Of a stretch of DNA of 64,000 bases, positions 44,270-56,670 are shown in pieces. Each line of letters begins with the position of its first letter. The first letter of the stretch is position 1. This stretch comes from an uncultured Actinomycetes bacterium. GTDB lineage: Bacteria > Actinomycetota > UBA4738 > HRBIN12. The translations under genes were made by a program, and so were the position numbers. The notes beneath the pieces are model-generated. The model had not been told where the DNA came from. It did no database searches and saw only the letters and a list, made by a program, of their open reading frames with translations. Where the stretch lies: contig CAVPIB010000001.1 of NCBI GenBank assembly GCA_963704885.1, forward strand, positions 1 to 64,000, written 5' to 3'.

Positions 44270-44459
44270 AACTGCGAACCTCTACTGGGAGTGGGGAAGG
44301 GGTGTCAAACGCACGATCCCGGCGCCGACGGTACCACCGCGGTCGGGCTCGACAAGGACCATCACATCTGGAAGGACGGTCCGGACGCCCTGCCGAACGC
44401 CCACCCAAGCGCCGATATTCCCGTGGCTGATGCTACGCTCGGACCTCCCCCGACCGATC

Positions 44460-45129
44460 GTGGAGCCCGTGCTCGCCCTCTTCACCGACTTCATCACGAA
44501 CGAGATCCTGCGGTACGGGTACCTGGCGATCTTCGTGCTGATGGTGCTCGAGTCGGCATGCATCCCGATCCCTTCCGAGGTGACGATGCTCTTCGGGGGA
44601 GCGCTCGCGAGCACCGCGTTCGTTGGTGGGGAAGCAGGAGCTCAGCCTGTTCTGGGTGGCCATGGCCGGCACGGCAGGCAACGTCGTCGGCTCCTGGTTG
44701 GCCTACGGAGCGGGGGCCTGGGGTGGACGACCGCTCGTCGATCGGTTCGGGCGATACCTATTGATACGCCCACACGAGATCGACCGCGCACACGAATGGT
44801 TCGAACGCCACGGCGATGCGGCCGTGTTCTTCTCACGGCTGCTTCCGGTCGTACGGACGTTCATCAGCGTTCCGGCTGGTGTGGCCCGCATGAACTTCGC
44901 GAAGTTCACCATCTACACGGTCCTGGGATGCCTGCCGTGGACGTTCGCGCTGGCCTGGGTGGGCTACCTCCTGGGACAGAACTGGACCAAGGCGGAAGAG
45001 GTTCTCCGCCCCCTGGCCTGGGCGATCGCGCTGGTGATCCTGGCGATGGGTGTCTGGTGGGTGGCTCGGCGTTGGCGTCAGGTTCGCCAGGAGTACGCGG
45101 CGCTCGATCGCGAGCGCGCGGAGCCTTAA
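44460..45129 (+). CDS. DedA family membrane protein (frameshift near 44625)
   Basis: LESACIPIPSEV, FERHG..AVFFSRLLPVVRTFISVPAG. Confidence 0.9.
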
Positions 45130-45133
45130 CGCC

Positions 45134-45616
45134 TCAGAGGTTCACCAACATCACCCACGAGCCGGTGTCGTCCTCGGAGAGCCGTTCGAACCCGACCCGC
45201 TGGTACATCATCCGCGAGCGGTTGTGGACCGCCACCGAGAGCGAGAGCGCCTGGTAGCCCTCCTCGCGCGCCTGCACCATGAGCGCGCGGAGCAACGTGG
45301 CCCCGATCCCCTTGCGCCGGTGCAAAGGCTCGACCGCTATCCCCAGCTCCGGGATCTTCTCGTCCACGAACCCGTAACCGGGGGCGTCTTCGGTGAACAG
45401 CCGGTACCACGCCGCCCCCACGGGGACATCGTCGAGCTCGGCGATCACTCCGGAGTCACCGGAGCGACCCCATCCCTCGTGGTAGCGCGTGAGCATAGGG
45501 TCGGCCAGAACCTCCTCCATCGGTCTGAGCGGCCAGTCGGGGTTCCAGCGGGTCGCCTCGTACAGCATCTTGTGCAGGAACTCGACGTCGTCCTGGATGG
45601 CGGGTCTGATGTTCAC
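45134..45616 (-). CDS. GNAT family N-acetyltransferase
   Basis: AVEPLHRRKGIGATLL, N..MYQRVGF. Confidence 0.9.
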   Translation of the reverse strand: MNIRPAIQDDVEFLHKMLYEATRWNPDWPLRPMEEVLADPMLTRYHEGWGRSGDSGVIAELDDVPVGAAWYRLFTEDAPGYGFVDEKIPELGIAVEPLHRRKGIGATLLRALMVQAREEGYQALSLSVAVHNRSRMMYQRVGFERLSEDDTGSWVMLVNL

Positions 45617-45652
45617 GCTGGCCTCCTAGGCCTAATGAGAAGCTTCGCTCGC

Positions 45653-46600
45653 ATGGGCAACCTAATACAGCGGTGGATCGGGCGACTGCGGAACGTGGGC
45701 GAAACTTGGATCCTCCGCCTGATCCAGTGGGTCTCCATCCGGCTCGGACGCTTCACTCCGAGGGTGCAGACGCGCATCGTCCGGGCGGTGCAAGTGGCCG
45801 TCGAGGTTCACGTCAAGAGCCTGGTCGACGACGTGAGCACACAGGCGGCCGCGCTCACCTACGCCACCTTCCTCTCGCTCCTCCCACTCATCCTGGTGGG
45901 ATTCTCGCTCGCAGGCACAGTGATCGCGAACGTTTCTGAGACGGCCTGGCTCCAGGATCTGATCGCCGGCGTCCCCGGACTCGCCGAGACCGGGATCGGC
46001 TCGCTCCAGGAGCAGCTGACCTCCCGAGCGGACATCGGCTTCATCGGGCTGATCGGAGCGTTGTGGGCGGCATCGGTGCTATCCAACCGGGCGGAGCGCG
46101 CGTTGGCCAAGGTGTTCAAAGTGAAGCGCCGGAACGTCGTGAACCGGTTCCGCGCGATGCTGATCACGGTCATGCTGGGAGCGGTCGTCATCGGCGGGCT
46201 CGTCGTTGGGGCCGTGCTCCAGAGCCTGGACCTGCACGGACTCATCGTGATCCCCGCCTGGATCGTTGTCCGCTTCCTGCTCCTGTCGGTCGAGTTCGGG
46301 TATTTCCTGCTCCTGTACAAGCTCCTCACGCCGAGCAGCGCGCTTCGATGGCGCGATCACCTGCCGGGCGCGATCGTGATGACGTTCGGCTTCGCCGTGT
46401 TGAAGGCCGTGGGAGGGTTCTTCGTCGATCGGACGATCGAGCATTGGTCCTCGCTGTACGGCACGATCGGCGGGATCTTCGGTCTCTTGTTGGTCATCAG
46501 GCTGGCGATGTGGATATTCCTCTACGGTGCCGAGCTTTCTTCCGTGTTGATGCGCGAGGGCCATGGCGACGCAGGAGTTCAGGTCGTCAAGGTCGCCTGA
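45653..46600 (+). CDS. YihY/virulence factor BrkB family membrane protein
   Basis: AAALTYATFLSLLP, LYKLL, LPGA, YGTIG, LYGAE. Confidence 0.88.
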   Translation: MGNLIQRWIGRLRNVGETWILRLIQWVSIRLGRFTPRVQTRIVRAVQVAVEVHVKSLVDDVSTQAAALTYATFLSLLPLILVGFSLAGTVIANVSETAWLQDLIAGVPGLAETGIGSLQEQLTSRADIGFIGLIGALWAASVLSNRAERALAKVFKVKRRNVVNRFRAMLITVMLGAVVIGGLVVGAVLQSLDLHGLIVIPAWIVVRFLLLSVEFGYFLLLYKLLTPSSALRWRDHLPGAIVMTFGFAVLKAVGGFFVDRTIEHWSSLYGTIGGIFGLLLVIRLAMWIFLYGAELSSVLMREGHGDAGVQVVKVA

Positions 46601-46606
46601 GTCAGG

Positions 46607-47168
46607 CTAGGCGGGATCGGGAGAAAGACCTATCTCCGGTGCAACCGCCTGAAGGCCTTGGATGGAAACCGCCAGGAACTCGTCGAGTGGAAGGCCGATC
46701 GAGTCCTCTACATCGGCTGATCTCCTGGCGGTTGACGCCCGGCGCGAAGGCCTTCTCCTTGAGCTTCTTCTTGAGCGAAGAGACCTTCATCCCCACGGCC
46801 TTCTCGGGACGGACGAGCGCCGAGGCCACCAGAAGCCCAGCTACCGCGTCGGCGTGCACGATCGCGCGAGACATGAGATCGGTGCGGTGGTCGGCGTAGG
46901 CGTGGGCGAGCACGCCGTTCACTATCCGCTCGTCGACGCCCGCCTCGCGGAGCCATCCGGCCGCCATCACGGCGTGGCTCGCGCCGTCGTCGCCCGTGTG
47001 GTCCTGATCCAGGTCGTGGAATAGCCCGGTAAGCGCCCAGAGATCCTGGTCCTCACCCAAGCGTCCCGCCAACGCACGCATGACTCCCTCGACGGAGATG
47101 AGGTGCCGGACGGTGGTGTCCTTCAGGCACTTCTCCCGGCAGAACGCGATGGCGGTGTCTCGGTCCAT
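46607..47168 (-). CDS. HD-domain (HDIG-type) phosphohydrolase (frameshift near 46712)
   Basis: H..VEGVM, GLFHDLD, ALVRP, KKKLKEKAFA. The shifted frame continues IGLPLDEFL. Confidence 0.85.
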
Positions 47169-47170
47169 CG

Positions 47171-49504
47171 TCAGCCTTTCGCGGGAGTGGTCTCGGGCTG
47201 GGGGATCTCGGGCTCGCGCAGGTGGAAGGGCACGCTCGTCACCACGACCATCGGCTCGAACAGCAACATGCGCTTCAGCGCGAACGCGGTCTGGTTGTGC
47301 AGCAGGTTCTCCCACCAGTGGGTCGGCACGAGCTCGGGTAGGACCACGGTCACCACGGTGTCTCCTCTGCCGGTATGGGCGCGCACGGCGGCAAGCAGCG
47401 GCTCATCGATATCTCTGAACGGTGCCTCTTCGATCAGGAGCGGCACATCCATCTGGCGCTCGTGCCATGCGTCGATCACGCCCTGGACCTCCTCGGGGTC
47501 GGTCACGAAGTAGACGCCCTCCACGATGGTCGGATGGAGTGACTTGGCGTAGGTCACGGCCCTCACCACCGCGTCGTGAACAGCGGAGACGGGGATCAGC
47601 ACGACGCTCCGCTCCGGTTCGACCGGCCGGGTGGGCGCTTCGAGGCGCTCCTGACCTTCCACGAACGGCACGTCCGTCACGACGACACCGGTCTCGAACA
47701 GCAGCGACCCCTTCAGGAGGAGCGTTCCTCGGTGACGAAGGAACTGCCACCACGACTGATCCCTGAGGACCTCGGGGATCACGACCGCGAAGTACTCCTC
47801 CGGCTCCCGAGGTCGCGACCGAACGAGGCCTCGAACCGCGCGGACGAGTTGCCGGTCGGCACCCTCCAGCATCTGGAGTTCGCCCAGGCGTGGCGCCACC
47901 TCCGCCCAACGCTCTGCGGTTCGCACGAACTCGCCGGGCGGCCCAACGAATAGCGCCTCGAGTCGCTCGGGACGGATGGCCCGCAGGTAGCCGATCGCCT
48001 CCAGCGTCGCCGGACCAAGATCGGGAACGAGTAGGAAGAACGTGGACCGCGCCTGCTGGGTGCCCAACAGCTTCCCTGCCCGGAGCCTGGCCCCGACGCG
48101 CGCGTAGTGCCGGTACACGCTCAGGAAGAACAGCACGATGATCGGCATCGCGGCGATCACGATCCATGCGCCCTTCGTGAACTTCGTCAACGTCACGATG
48201 ATCAGAACGACGCCTGTGGTTACCGCGCCGATCCCGTTGATGACCGCCCGTCGACGCCACTTGTCGCCGCGTGTCTTGAACCACCGCCGGACCATGCCCG
48301 ACTGCGACAGCGTGAACGCCGTGAAGACACCGATGACGTAGAGCTGGATCAGGTGCGTCAGCTGCGCGTCGAACAGCCAGATCAGCAGGCAGGCGAACCC
48401 GGCCAGCATGAGCACGCCGTTGGAGAAGACGAGGCGGTCGCCGCGGTTACGGAACTGCGACGGCATGAACCGATCGCGGGCAAGATCGAGGAGAGCCGAG
48501 GGAAGTCCTGGAACGCCGTGTTCGCCGCCAGGACCAGGATGCCCGCCGTGAAGACCTGAAGAAGTATGAACGCGAACCCCCGGCCGAAGACCGTCTCGCC
48601 GATCTGGGAGAGCACCGAACTGGTCGCCGCGATCTGCTCGTCGACCCGGACGTTGAACAACCCAGCCAGGAGCGTTATCCCAAGGAACATCGACACCGCC
48701 AGAGCGGCCATGACCGAAAGGGTCGCCGCGGCGTTCTTGGCCTGGGGCCTCCGGAAGGCCTGCACCCCGTCGGCGATCGCCTCGACGCCTGTGAGGGCGG
48801 TGGCCCCCGACGCGAACGCGCGGAGGAGAAGGAACAAGGACAGCGTCGACTTCGGCTTCGATCGCCAGGTTGGCGGTTGGTGCTTGCGGACATCCGCTGA
48901 TGCATTCGGCGAGTCCGACGACCAGGGTGATCCCGACGATCACGACGAAGCCGTACGTGGGGATGGCGAACAGGGTGCCCGCCTCCTTGACGCCGCGCAG
49001 GTTCGCGAGGGTGAGGAGAAGCACGAGCCCCACCGCCATCAACACTCGATGGTCCGCCAGGCCGGGAGCCGCGGAGGTGATCGCGATCGTCCCCGCCGTC
49101 ACGCTCACGGCCACCGTCAACACGTAGTCCGTGAGGATCGCGGCGGCGGCGATCAGACCCGGGAGGGTTCCCAGGTTCTCCTTCGCGACGATGTAAGAGC
49201 CGCCGCCGCGCGGGTAGGCCTTGACGGTCTGGCGGTACGACGTGACCACGATGACGAGCAGGGCGCCGATCGCCAGGGAGAGCGGGATCTTGTAGCTGAG
49301 GGCGCCGGTACCTGCCAGGATCAACACCAGCATCATCTCCTCGGTCGCGTAGGCGACCGAGGAGAGCGGGTCGGACGAGAACACCGGCAGCGCCAGGATC
49401 TTGGGCAGTAACTGGTGCTCGGCCTTGCTGGATGCGATCGCCCGCCCGAGGAAGAGGCGCTTCAAGTAACCACCGGCGCCCGTCTCGTTCCGCGTCGAGG
49501 TCAC
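47171..49504 (-). CDS. APC-superfamily KimA-like K+ transporter with cytoplasmic C-terminal domain (compensating frameshifts near 48845 and 48480)
   Basis: SSDPLSSVAYATEE, YPRGGGSY, ALTGVEAI (ORF 48382..48837), WWENLLHNQ. Divergent from the trkA pair. Confidence 0.88.
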   Translation of the reverse strand: MTSTRNETGAGGYLKRLFLGRAIASSKAEHQLLPKILALPVFSSDPLSSVAYATEEMMLVLILAGTGALSYKIPLSLAIGALLVIVVTSYRQTVKAYPRGGGSYIVAKENLGTLPGLIAAAAILTDYVLTVAVSVTAGTIAITSAAPGLADHRVLMAVGLVLLLTLANLRGVKEAGTLFAIPTYGFVVIVGITLVVGLAECISGCPQAPTANLAIEAEVDAVLVPSPPRVRVGGHRPHRRRGDRRRGAGLPEAPGQERRGDPFGHGRSGGVDVPWDNAPGWVVQRPGRRADRGDQFGALPDRRDGLRPGVRVHTSSGLHGGHPGPGGEHGVPGLPSALLDLARDRFMPSQFRNRGDRLVFSNGVLMLAGFACLLIWLFDAQLTHLIQLYVIGVFTAFTLSQSGMVRRWFKTRGDKWRRRAVINGIGAVTTGVVLIIVTLTKFTKGAWIVIAAMPIIVLFFLSVYRHYARVGARLRAGKLLGTQQARSTFFLLVPDLGPATLEAIGYLRAIRPERLEALFVGPPGEFVRTAERWAEVAPRLGELQMLEGADRQLVRAVRGLVRSRPREPEEYFAVVIPEVLRDQSWWQFLRHRGTLLLKGSLLFETGVVVTDVPFVEGQERLEAPTRPVEPERSVVLIPVSAVHDAVVRAVTYAKSLHPTIVEGVYFVTDPEEVQGVIDAWHERQMDVPLLIEEAPFRDIDEPLLAAVRAHTGRGDTVVTVVLPELVPTHWWENLLHNQTAFALKRMLLFEPMVVVTSVPFHLREPEIPQPETTPAKG

Positions 49505-49590
49505 GGGCGCAATCCTAAGGCGCGAACGCCGTGGCGCGGCGGCGTAGGGGGCCGTGTCGCGGCTTGGGGCGTCGACTAGGCTTACCGGTC

Positions 49591-50253
49591 GTGCACGTCA
49601 TCATCATGGGTTGCGGACGAGTGGGTTCCGAGCTCTCCTTGAAGCTCTTGGAGGGCGGCCACGACGTCACAGTGATCGACAAGAAGCCCTCTGCGTTCGT
49701 GAAGTACCCCCCGGGGGACAAGGCGAAGACCCTGGTCGGACTCGGGTTCGATCGCGACGTTCTGGAGGCGGCCGGGATCAAGGACGCCGATGCCTTCGTG
49801 GCCGTTTCCAGTGGCGATAACTCCAACATCTTGTCGGCCCGAGTGGCGCTCGAGCACTACCACGTACCCAAGGTCATAGCCCGGATCTACGACCCACGCC
49901 GGGCCGAGATCTACCAACGGCTGAACATCCCCACCGTCGCCACGACCACGTGGGGGATCAAGCAGATCCAACTGATGCTGTTCCACGATCACCAGGAGGT
50001 CCGTGAGAGCCTCGGCGGCGGCGATCTCGTGCGGCTGCGCCTGCCGGTCCCGGCCCACCTGGTCGGCAAGAACGTCTCCGCGATCAACCTGGACGGCAAG
50101 ATCCTGGTCGCCGGAGTCTCGCGAGGCGGCGGCGGCTTCATCCCGACGGCCGAGAGCACGTTCCAGGCGGGCGACTATCTGGCGGTGATCATGGCCAAGG
50201 ACGGGATGGATCTCCTCGACGAGGTCATGGCCGAGCCGACCGGGGATCACTGA
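49591..50253 (+). CDS. trkA: TrkA-family RCK regulatory protein (CeoB-like)
   Basis: IMGCGRVG, GFDRDVL..AGI, SSGDNSN, ARIYDP. Confidence 0.9.
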   Translation: MHVIIMGCGRVGSELSLKLLEGGHDVTVIDKKPSAFVKYPPGDKAKTLVGLGFDRDVLEAAGIKDADAFVAVSSGDNSNILSARVALEHYHVPKVIARIYDPRRAEIYQRLNIPTVATTTWGIKQIQLMLFHDHQEVRESLGGGDLVRLRLPVPAHLVGKNVSAINLDGKILVAGVSRGGGGFIPTAESTFQAGDYLAVIMAKDGMDLLDEVMAEPTGDH

Positions 50254-50969
50254 TGAAGGTCGTAGTGACGGGAGCCGGAGCGGTCGGTCGTCACCTGGCC
50301 GCGGACCTGGCGGACCGCGGCCACGAGGTGACCCTGATCGACCAGGACCCGGAGATCACCGGAAAGATCCAGGAATGGGCTCCCAACGTCTCGGTGGTGC
50401 TCGGTGACGCCTGCGAACCGTGGGTGCTCGAAGCGGCCGACGTGAAGCACGCCGACGTCGTCGTGGCCGTCACCGGTGACGACGAGGACAACCTGGTGAC
50501 CTCGCTGCTCTCCAAGCAGGAATTCGGGGTGCCACGCGTGCTGGCGCGCGTCAATCACCCCAAGAACGAGTGGCTCTTCACCGAGCAATGGGGCGTGGAC
50601 GCGGCCGTCTCGCCTCCACACATCCTGACCGCGATGGTGGAAGAAGCCGTGACCGTGGGCGACCTGGTTCGGTTGATCAGGCTCGAGGGCGGCCGGATCT
50701 CGATCGTGGAGATGACGCTCCCCGGCGACTCGCCCTCCGTCGGCCGCCCCCTCTACGAGCTACGCTTGCCGCCCGACTCGGCGATCGTGGCGATCCTGCG
50801 CGACGGGCACGTCGTCATCCCGCAGCCCGAAACGGTGCTCTCCGCCGGAGACGAGGTCGTGGCCCTCTCGAGCCCGGCGTCGGAAGGGGAGCTTCGCAAC
50901 ACCGTCGTCGGTGATGGCATCACAGGTGGAGCGCCGTCGGACCCCATGGCAGGGGCGAGCGAAGCCTAG
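50253..50969 (+). CDS. trkA: TrkA-family RCK regulatory protein (CeoC-like)
   Basis: GAGAVG, GDACE, TGDDEDN, ARVNHPKNEWLF, TrkA-C domain. Confidence 0.9.
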   Translation: MKVVVTGAGAVGRHLAADLADRGHEVTLIDQDPEITGKIQEWAPNVSVVLGDACEPWVLEAADVKHADVVVAVTGDDEDNLVTSLLSKQEFGVPRVLARVNHPKNEWLFTEQWGVDAAVSPPHILTAMVEEAVTVGDLVRLIRLEGGRISIVEMTLPGDSPSVGRPLYELRLPPDSAIVAILRDGHVVIPQPETVLSAGDEVVALSSPASEGELRNTVVGDGITGGAPSDPMAGASEA

Positions 50970-50989
50970 TCGCGGTTCCCTGCGTCGTC

Positions 50990-51349
50990 CTAAGCGCTGA
51001 ACTCCAGCTTCGGGTTGATCATCCTCACGGCGCCCCGCTGCTCGCCCAGGACGCCCTCGACGACCACGCGCGTCCCCAGCGTGAGCCCGCCGATGCCTCG
51101 ACGGCCCATGAATACGACCACGGCCTCGCCGGACCCGTCGGAGACCAGGGCCTCGAGCGACTCCTTGCCCTCCATAGGGAAGACGGTCATGCGCTTGATC
51201 ACGCCCGCGATCTTGACGGGCTCGCGCATGGGCGCGTGTGCGATGTCGGTGGTGCCCGGCACGCTCTCGGCCCAAGTGCGGATCTCGGCCGACAGGCGCA
51301 CCTCGTCGCTCTCGCCCAGTCGGTCCAGGAAGCGACCGATCGCGCCCAT
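50990..51349 (-). CDS. OB-fold nucleic acid-binding domain protein
   Basis: LEALVSDGSG, FMGRRGIGG, MINP. Typical neighbour of the ceoBC pair. Confidence 0.8.
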   Translation of the reverse strand: MGAIGRFLDRLGESDEVRLSAEIRTWAESVPGTTDIAHAPMREPVKIAGVIKRMTVFPMEGKESLEALVSDGSGEAVVVFMGRRGIGGLTLGTRVVVEGVLGEQRGAVRMINPKLEFSA

Positions 51350-51361
51350 CTCGACTCCTGC

Positions 51362-53618
<2,257 letters not shown>

Positions 53619-53808
53619 CGAACCTCCTCGAACTAGGGGAGCGAAGTCTCATCCGCCCGGCAACCCGGCCGGGAACCCGGGAAGTATAGGGAATGGCTTG
53701 ACGCCCCGACCTGCGAGGAAGAGCCGGGAAGCCGTCATCCTCCGGGCCATCTGACCCTTTGCCGCCTCGTGGGCGAACCCCTAGCATCCGAACGAAGCAA
53801 CGCACGAT

Positions 53809-53854
53809 GGGGTGCCGGGAAGCCGGGTCGGCAGGACGTTCCGGTACCCCTTTT
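53809..53854 (+). promoter_or_regulatory. 5'-leader element: shared 21-nt motif (53814..53834) overlapping a 12-bp terminator-like hairpin with U-tract
   Basis: GGGGTGCCGGGA (53809-20) pairs with TTCCGGTACCCC (53839-50), followed by TTTT. TAGCAT -10 at 53782. Confidence 0.6.
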
Positions 53855-53872
53855 CTGTGTTCCAAGGAGACC

Positions 53873-55246
53873 ATGAAGACGAGGCGAGCGACCAGGATCG
53901 GCGTCTTGTTGTTCGCGTTCTCTTTCGCGGTGATGGCCGATCCGGTGTCCTCGGTCGCCTATGCGATCGAAGCGGCGCTTCGCGCATTGAAGGGCAACCT
54001 GACCCTTCTCCTCCCGACCATGGTGCTCGTCCTCGCGATCATCTACCTGGTCAAGGTCAACTACGACCAGCTGATCCACCGGTTCCCCGAGGGCGGAGGC
54101 GCGGTGGCCGCGACCGGCGCGGCGTTCGGCGAGGGCTGGGCGTTCCTGCCGCTGGGAGCGCTGATCGTCGACTTCGTGCTCACGATCGCGATCAGCGTGG
54201 CGGCGGCCTCCTCGGCCGTCATCGCGTACTTCCCCTCGCTCCAGGGTGCGCGGACGATCATCGCGCTCGCCCTCCTCTGCTTCGTCGCTGGGCTGACGTG
54301 GTTCGGCCACATCGGACGGAGCGTGTTCGCGGCGATGACAGTGCTGTTCATCCTCGCCGTCGTACCGATCGTGCTGTTCGGGTACCTGGCGCCGCACTCG
54401 ATGGGCGATGCGCCTTTGCAAGGGACCGGCAGCGGGTCTTCCATCCTGCTCGTGCTCCTGGCCTTCCCGGTGGCGATGGCTCTGGCGACCGGGGTCGAGG
54501 CGCCCGCGTCCGCGATCGCGCAGCTGGGCCAGTTGGACGACGTGCAGAAGGAACGGTTCGGCCACCGGACCCTCTACCTGACGGTGCTGACCACCTCCGC
54601 CATAACGCTCGCGATCGCGGGCCTGGCCTTGAAGCTCCACGTCGGGGTACCGGCCGAGGGCAGCACCATGATCGCCGACGTAGCGAAGACGGCCACGGGC
54701 AACGGTGTCTTGTTCGCGTTCTTCCAGCTGACCAGCTCGCTGCTGCTGCTCGCGGCCGCCGCATCGTCCTTCCAGGCTGGTCCGGGCCTGCTGAAGGCGC
54801 TCGCCCGGCACACGCGGGACAACGGCGAGGAGGTCGGGATCCTGGCCCCTCCGCTAGGGCGGACGAACCGCCACCACACGCCCTACTGGAGCGTCACCGT
54901 CTACCTCGTGATCGCGGGGATCGTGGTCGTGGCCGCGGGGGGACGCGACCAGGAGCTCGTGCTCTTCTACGCCGTCGCGGTGTTCGTCAGCTTCCTGGCG
55001 GGGCTGCTGTCGATGGCGCGGTTCTCACACCAGGAGCGCGACCGCCTCCACGTGGTGATCAATATCATCGGCGCCGGCGTGGTGGCCTTCACGATCCTCG
55101 TGAACCTCCAGCGCGGGTACCCACTGGCCTCGCTCGCGGCGGGGCTGGCGATCTCTGGCGTGTTCTTCTGGCAGTGGGACCGCCTCGGCCGGCCGCGCGG
55201 GATCGCGATGGTCGAGATGCAGGCCGAGGCCGAGATCCAGGAGTAG
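53873..55246 (+). CDS. APC-superfamily KimA-like transporter lacking the cytoplasmic C-terminal domain
   Basis: MADPVSSVAYAIE, PEGGG, DFVLT, ATGVEAP. About 12 TM segments. AAGGAG RBS. Confidence 0.85.
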   Translation: MKTRRATRIGVLLFAFSFAVMADPVSSVAYAIEAALRALKGNLTLLLPTMVLVLAIIYLVKVNYDQLIHRFPEGGGAVAATGAAFGEGWAFLPLGALIVDFVLTIAISVAAASSAVIAYFPSLQGARTIIALALLCFVAGLTWFGHIGRSVFAAMTVLFILAVVPIVLFGYLAPHSMGDAPLQGTGSGSSILLVLLAFPVAMALATGVEAPASAIAQLGQLDDVQKERFGHRTLYLTVLTTSAITLAIAGLALKLHVGVPAEGSTMIADVAKTATGNGVLFAFFQLTSSLLLLAAAASSFQAGPGLLKALARHTRDNGEEVGILAPPLGRTNRHHTPYWSVTVYLVIAGIVVVAAGGRDQELVLFYAVAVFVSFLAGLLSMARFSHQERDRLHVVINIIGAGVVAFTILVNLQRGYPLASLAAGLAISGVFFWQWDRLGRPRGIAMVEMQAEAEIQE

Positions 55247-55266
55247 CGAGCCACATCTAGTCCGTA

Positions 55267-56634
55267 TCAGACTAGACCTCGGCGGGCGTTCGTCTCTCCC
55301 GCCCAGCGGAACAGCATGTAGCCGATCGCGGCGGCAAGGATCGAGGCCACCAGGATCGCAACCTTCGCCTCTGCCAGGAGCGGCGACTGGCCGAACGCCA
55401 GATCGGCAACGAACAACGACACCGCGAATCCGATCCCTGCCGTGGTGGCGAGTCCGGCCAGCGCCCCCCACCCCACCCCTTCGGGCAACTTGCCCAAGCC
55501 GAGCTTGACGGCGGCTAGGCTCGCCAGCCAAACACCGAGGAACTTGCCGACCACGAGCCCCAGAACGATCCCCAGCGCGATACGGCTGCTCGCCGCCTCG
55601 CGCAACGCGGCCGCAGACAGCTCGACGCCGGCGTTCGACAGGGCGAACAGCGGCAGGATCAAGAAGCTCGACCACGGAAGGAGGAAGTGTTCGACCCGTG
55701 CGAGAGGCGACACAGCCTCCTTGGACAGTTGCGCGAGCCGCAGCCACCAGTGCGCGTCCGCGTCGGGGGGAGACGGGTCATCGACCGTTTCGTCCGCGGT
55801 TCGGTGCGCCTCCTCGCTCACGGCCTTCGGGCGCTGGAACGGCACGGCGGGCGCGAGCAGGCCGAGGATCACGCCGGCGATGGTTGGATGGATGCCGGAC
55901 CTCAGGATCGCGAACCAGAGCAGGACCCCGAGGATGACGTAGACAGTCGTCGCACGGACGTGGAGGTTGCCCAAGGCTGCGATCAACAGGACCAGCATCA
56001 CGGCGATCAGCAGCGAGACCGGTTTCACCCCGCCCGAATAGAACAGGGCGATGACCATGATCGCACCGATATCGTCCACGATCGCGAGGGTGAGCAGGAA
56101 CGGCTTGAGAGAAGGAGGCGCGAACCTGGCCGCAAGGGTAAGCGCGCCCAAGGCGAAGGCAACGTCGGTCGCCATAGGGACGCCCCACCCCTCGGCACCG
56201 GGCCCTCCCGCGTTGACAGCCAGGTACAGCAGCGCCGGCACGACCATCCCGCCCAGGGCCGCGATCATCGGCAGCGCGGCGGCCCGCCACTCTCGGAGCT
56301 CGCCGGTCGTCAATTCGCGCTTGATCTCAAGGCCCACGAGCAGGAAGAAGAAGGTCATGAGACCGTCGTTGACCCATCCGCGCAGATCCTCCACTACGAC
56401 CCATGACCCGATCCGAAGAGACGCCTCCGTGTGCCACAGCTGCGCGTAGCCCTCACGCCACGGGGAATTCGCCCAGACCAGGGCTACGACCACGGCCACG
56501 AGCATGAGGAGGCTGCCGGCCGTGGACGTCCGCATGAACTCCTGCAGCGGACGGAGAACCACTCGAGGAACGAGACGGTCGGAACTGGCGAACGGGGTGC
56601 GCAGCCCTTCGCTCGGGGGGCCGGTGTCGACCAT
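55267..56634 (-). CDS. nhaA: Na+/H+ antiporter NhaA
   Basis: WVNDGLM..FF..VGLEIKRE, GWGVPMATDVAF, LAIVDD, GK..G, GIGF. Confidence 0.96.
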   Translation of the reverse strand: MVDTGPPSEGLRTPFASSDRLVPRVVLRPLQEFMRTSTAGSLLMLVAVVVALVWANSPWREGYAQLWHTEASLRIGSWVVVEDLRGWVNDGLMTFFFLLVGLEIKRELTTGELREWRAAALPMIAALGGMVVPALLYLAVNAGGPGAEGWGVPMATDVAFALGALTLAARFAPPSLKPFLLTLAIVDDIGAIMVIALFYSGGVKPVSLLIAVMLVLLIAALGNLHVRATTVYVILGVLLWFAILRSGIHPTIAGVILGLLAPAVPFQRPKAVSEEAHRTADETVDDPSPPDADAHWWLRLAQLSKEAVSPLARVEHFLLPWSSFLILPLFALSNAGVELSAAALREAASSRIALGIVLGLVVGKFLGVWLASLAAVKLGLGKLPEGVGWGALAGLATTAGIGFAVSLFVADLAFGQSPLLAEAKVAILVASILAAAIGYMLFRWAGETNARRGLV

Positions 56635-56649
56635 GGTCACCTCACCCTT

Positions 56650-56670
56650 CTGCCGACCAGTCTTCCCGGC
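56650..56670 (-). promoter_or_regulatory. Second copy of the 21-nt leader motif (GCCGGGAAGACTGGTCGGCAG), upstream of nhaA
   Basis: 19/21 identical to 53814..53834. Lies between a TATCCT -10 (56684-89, minus strand) and the GAGG RBS. Confidence 0.65.
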
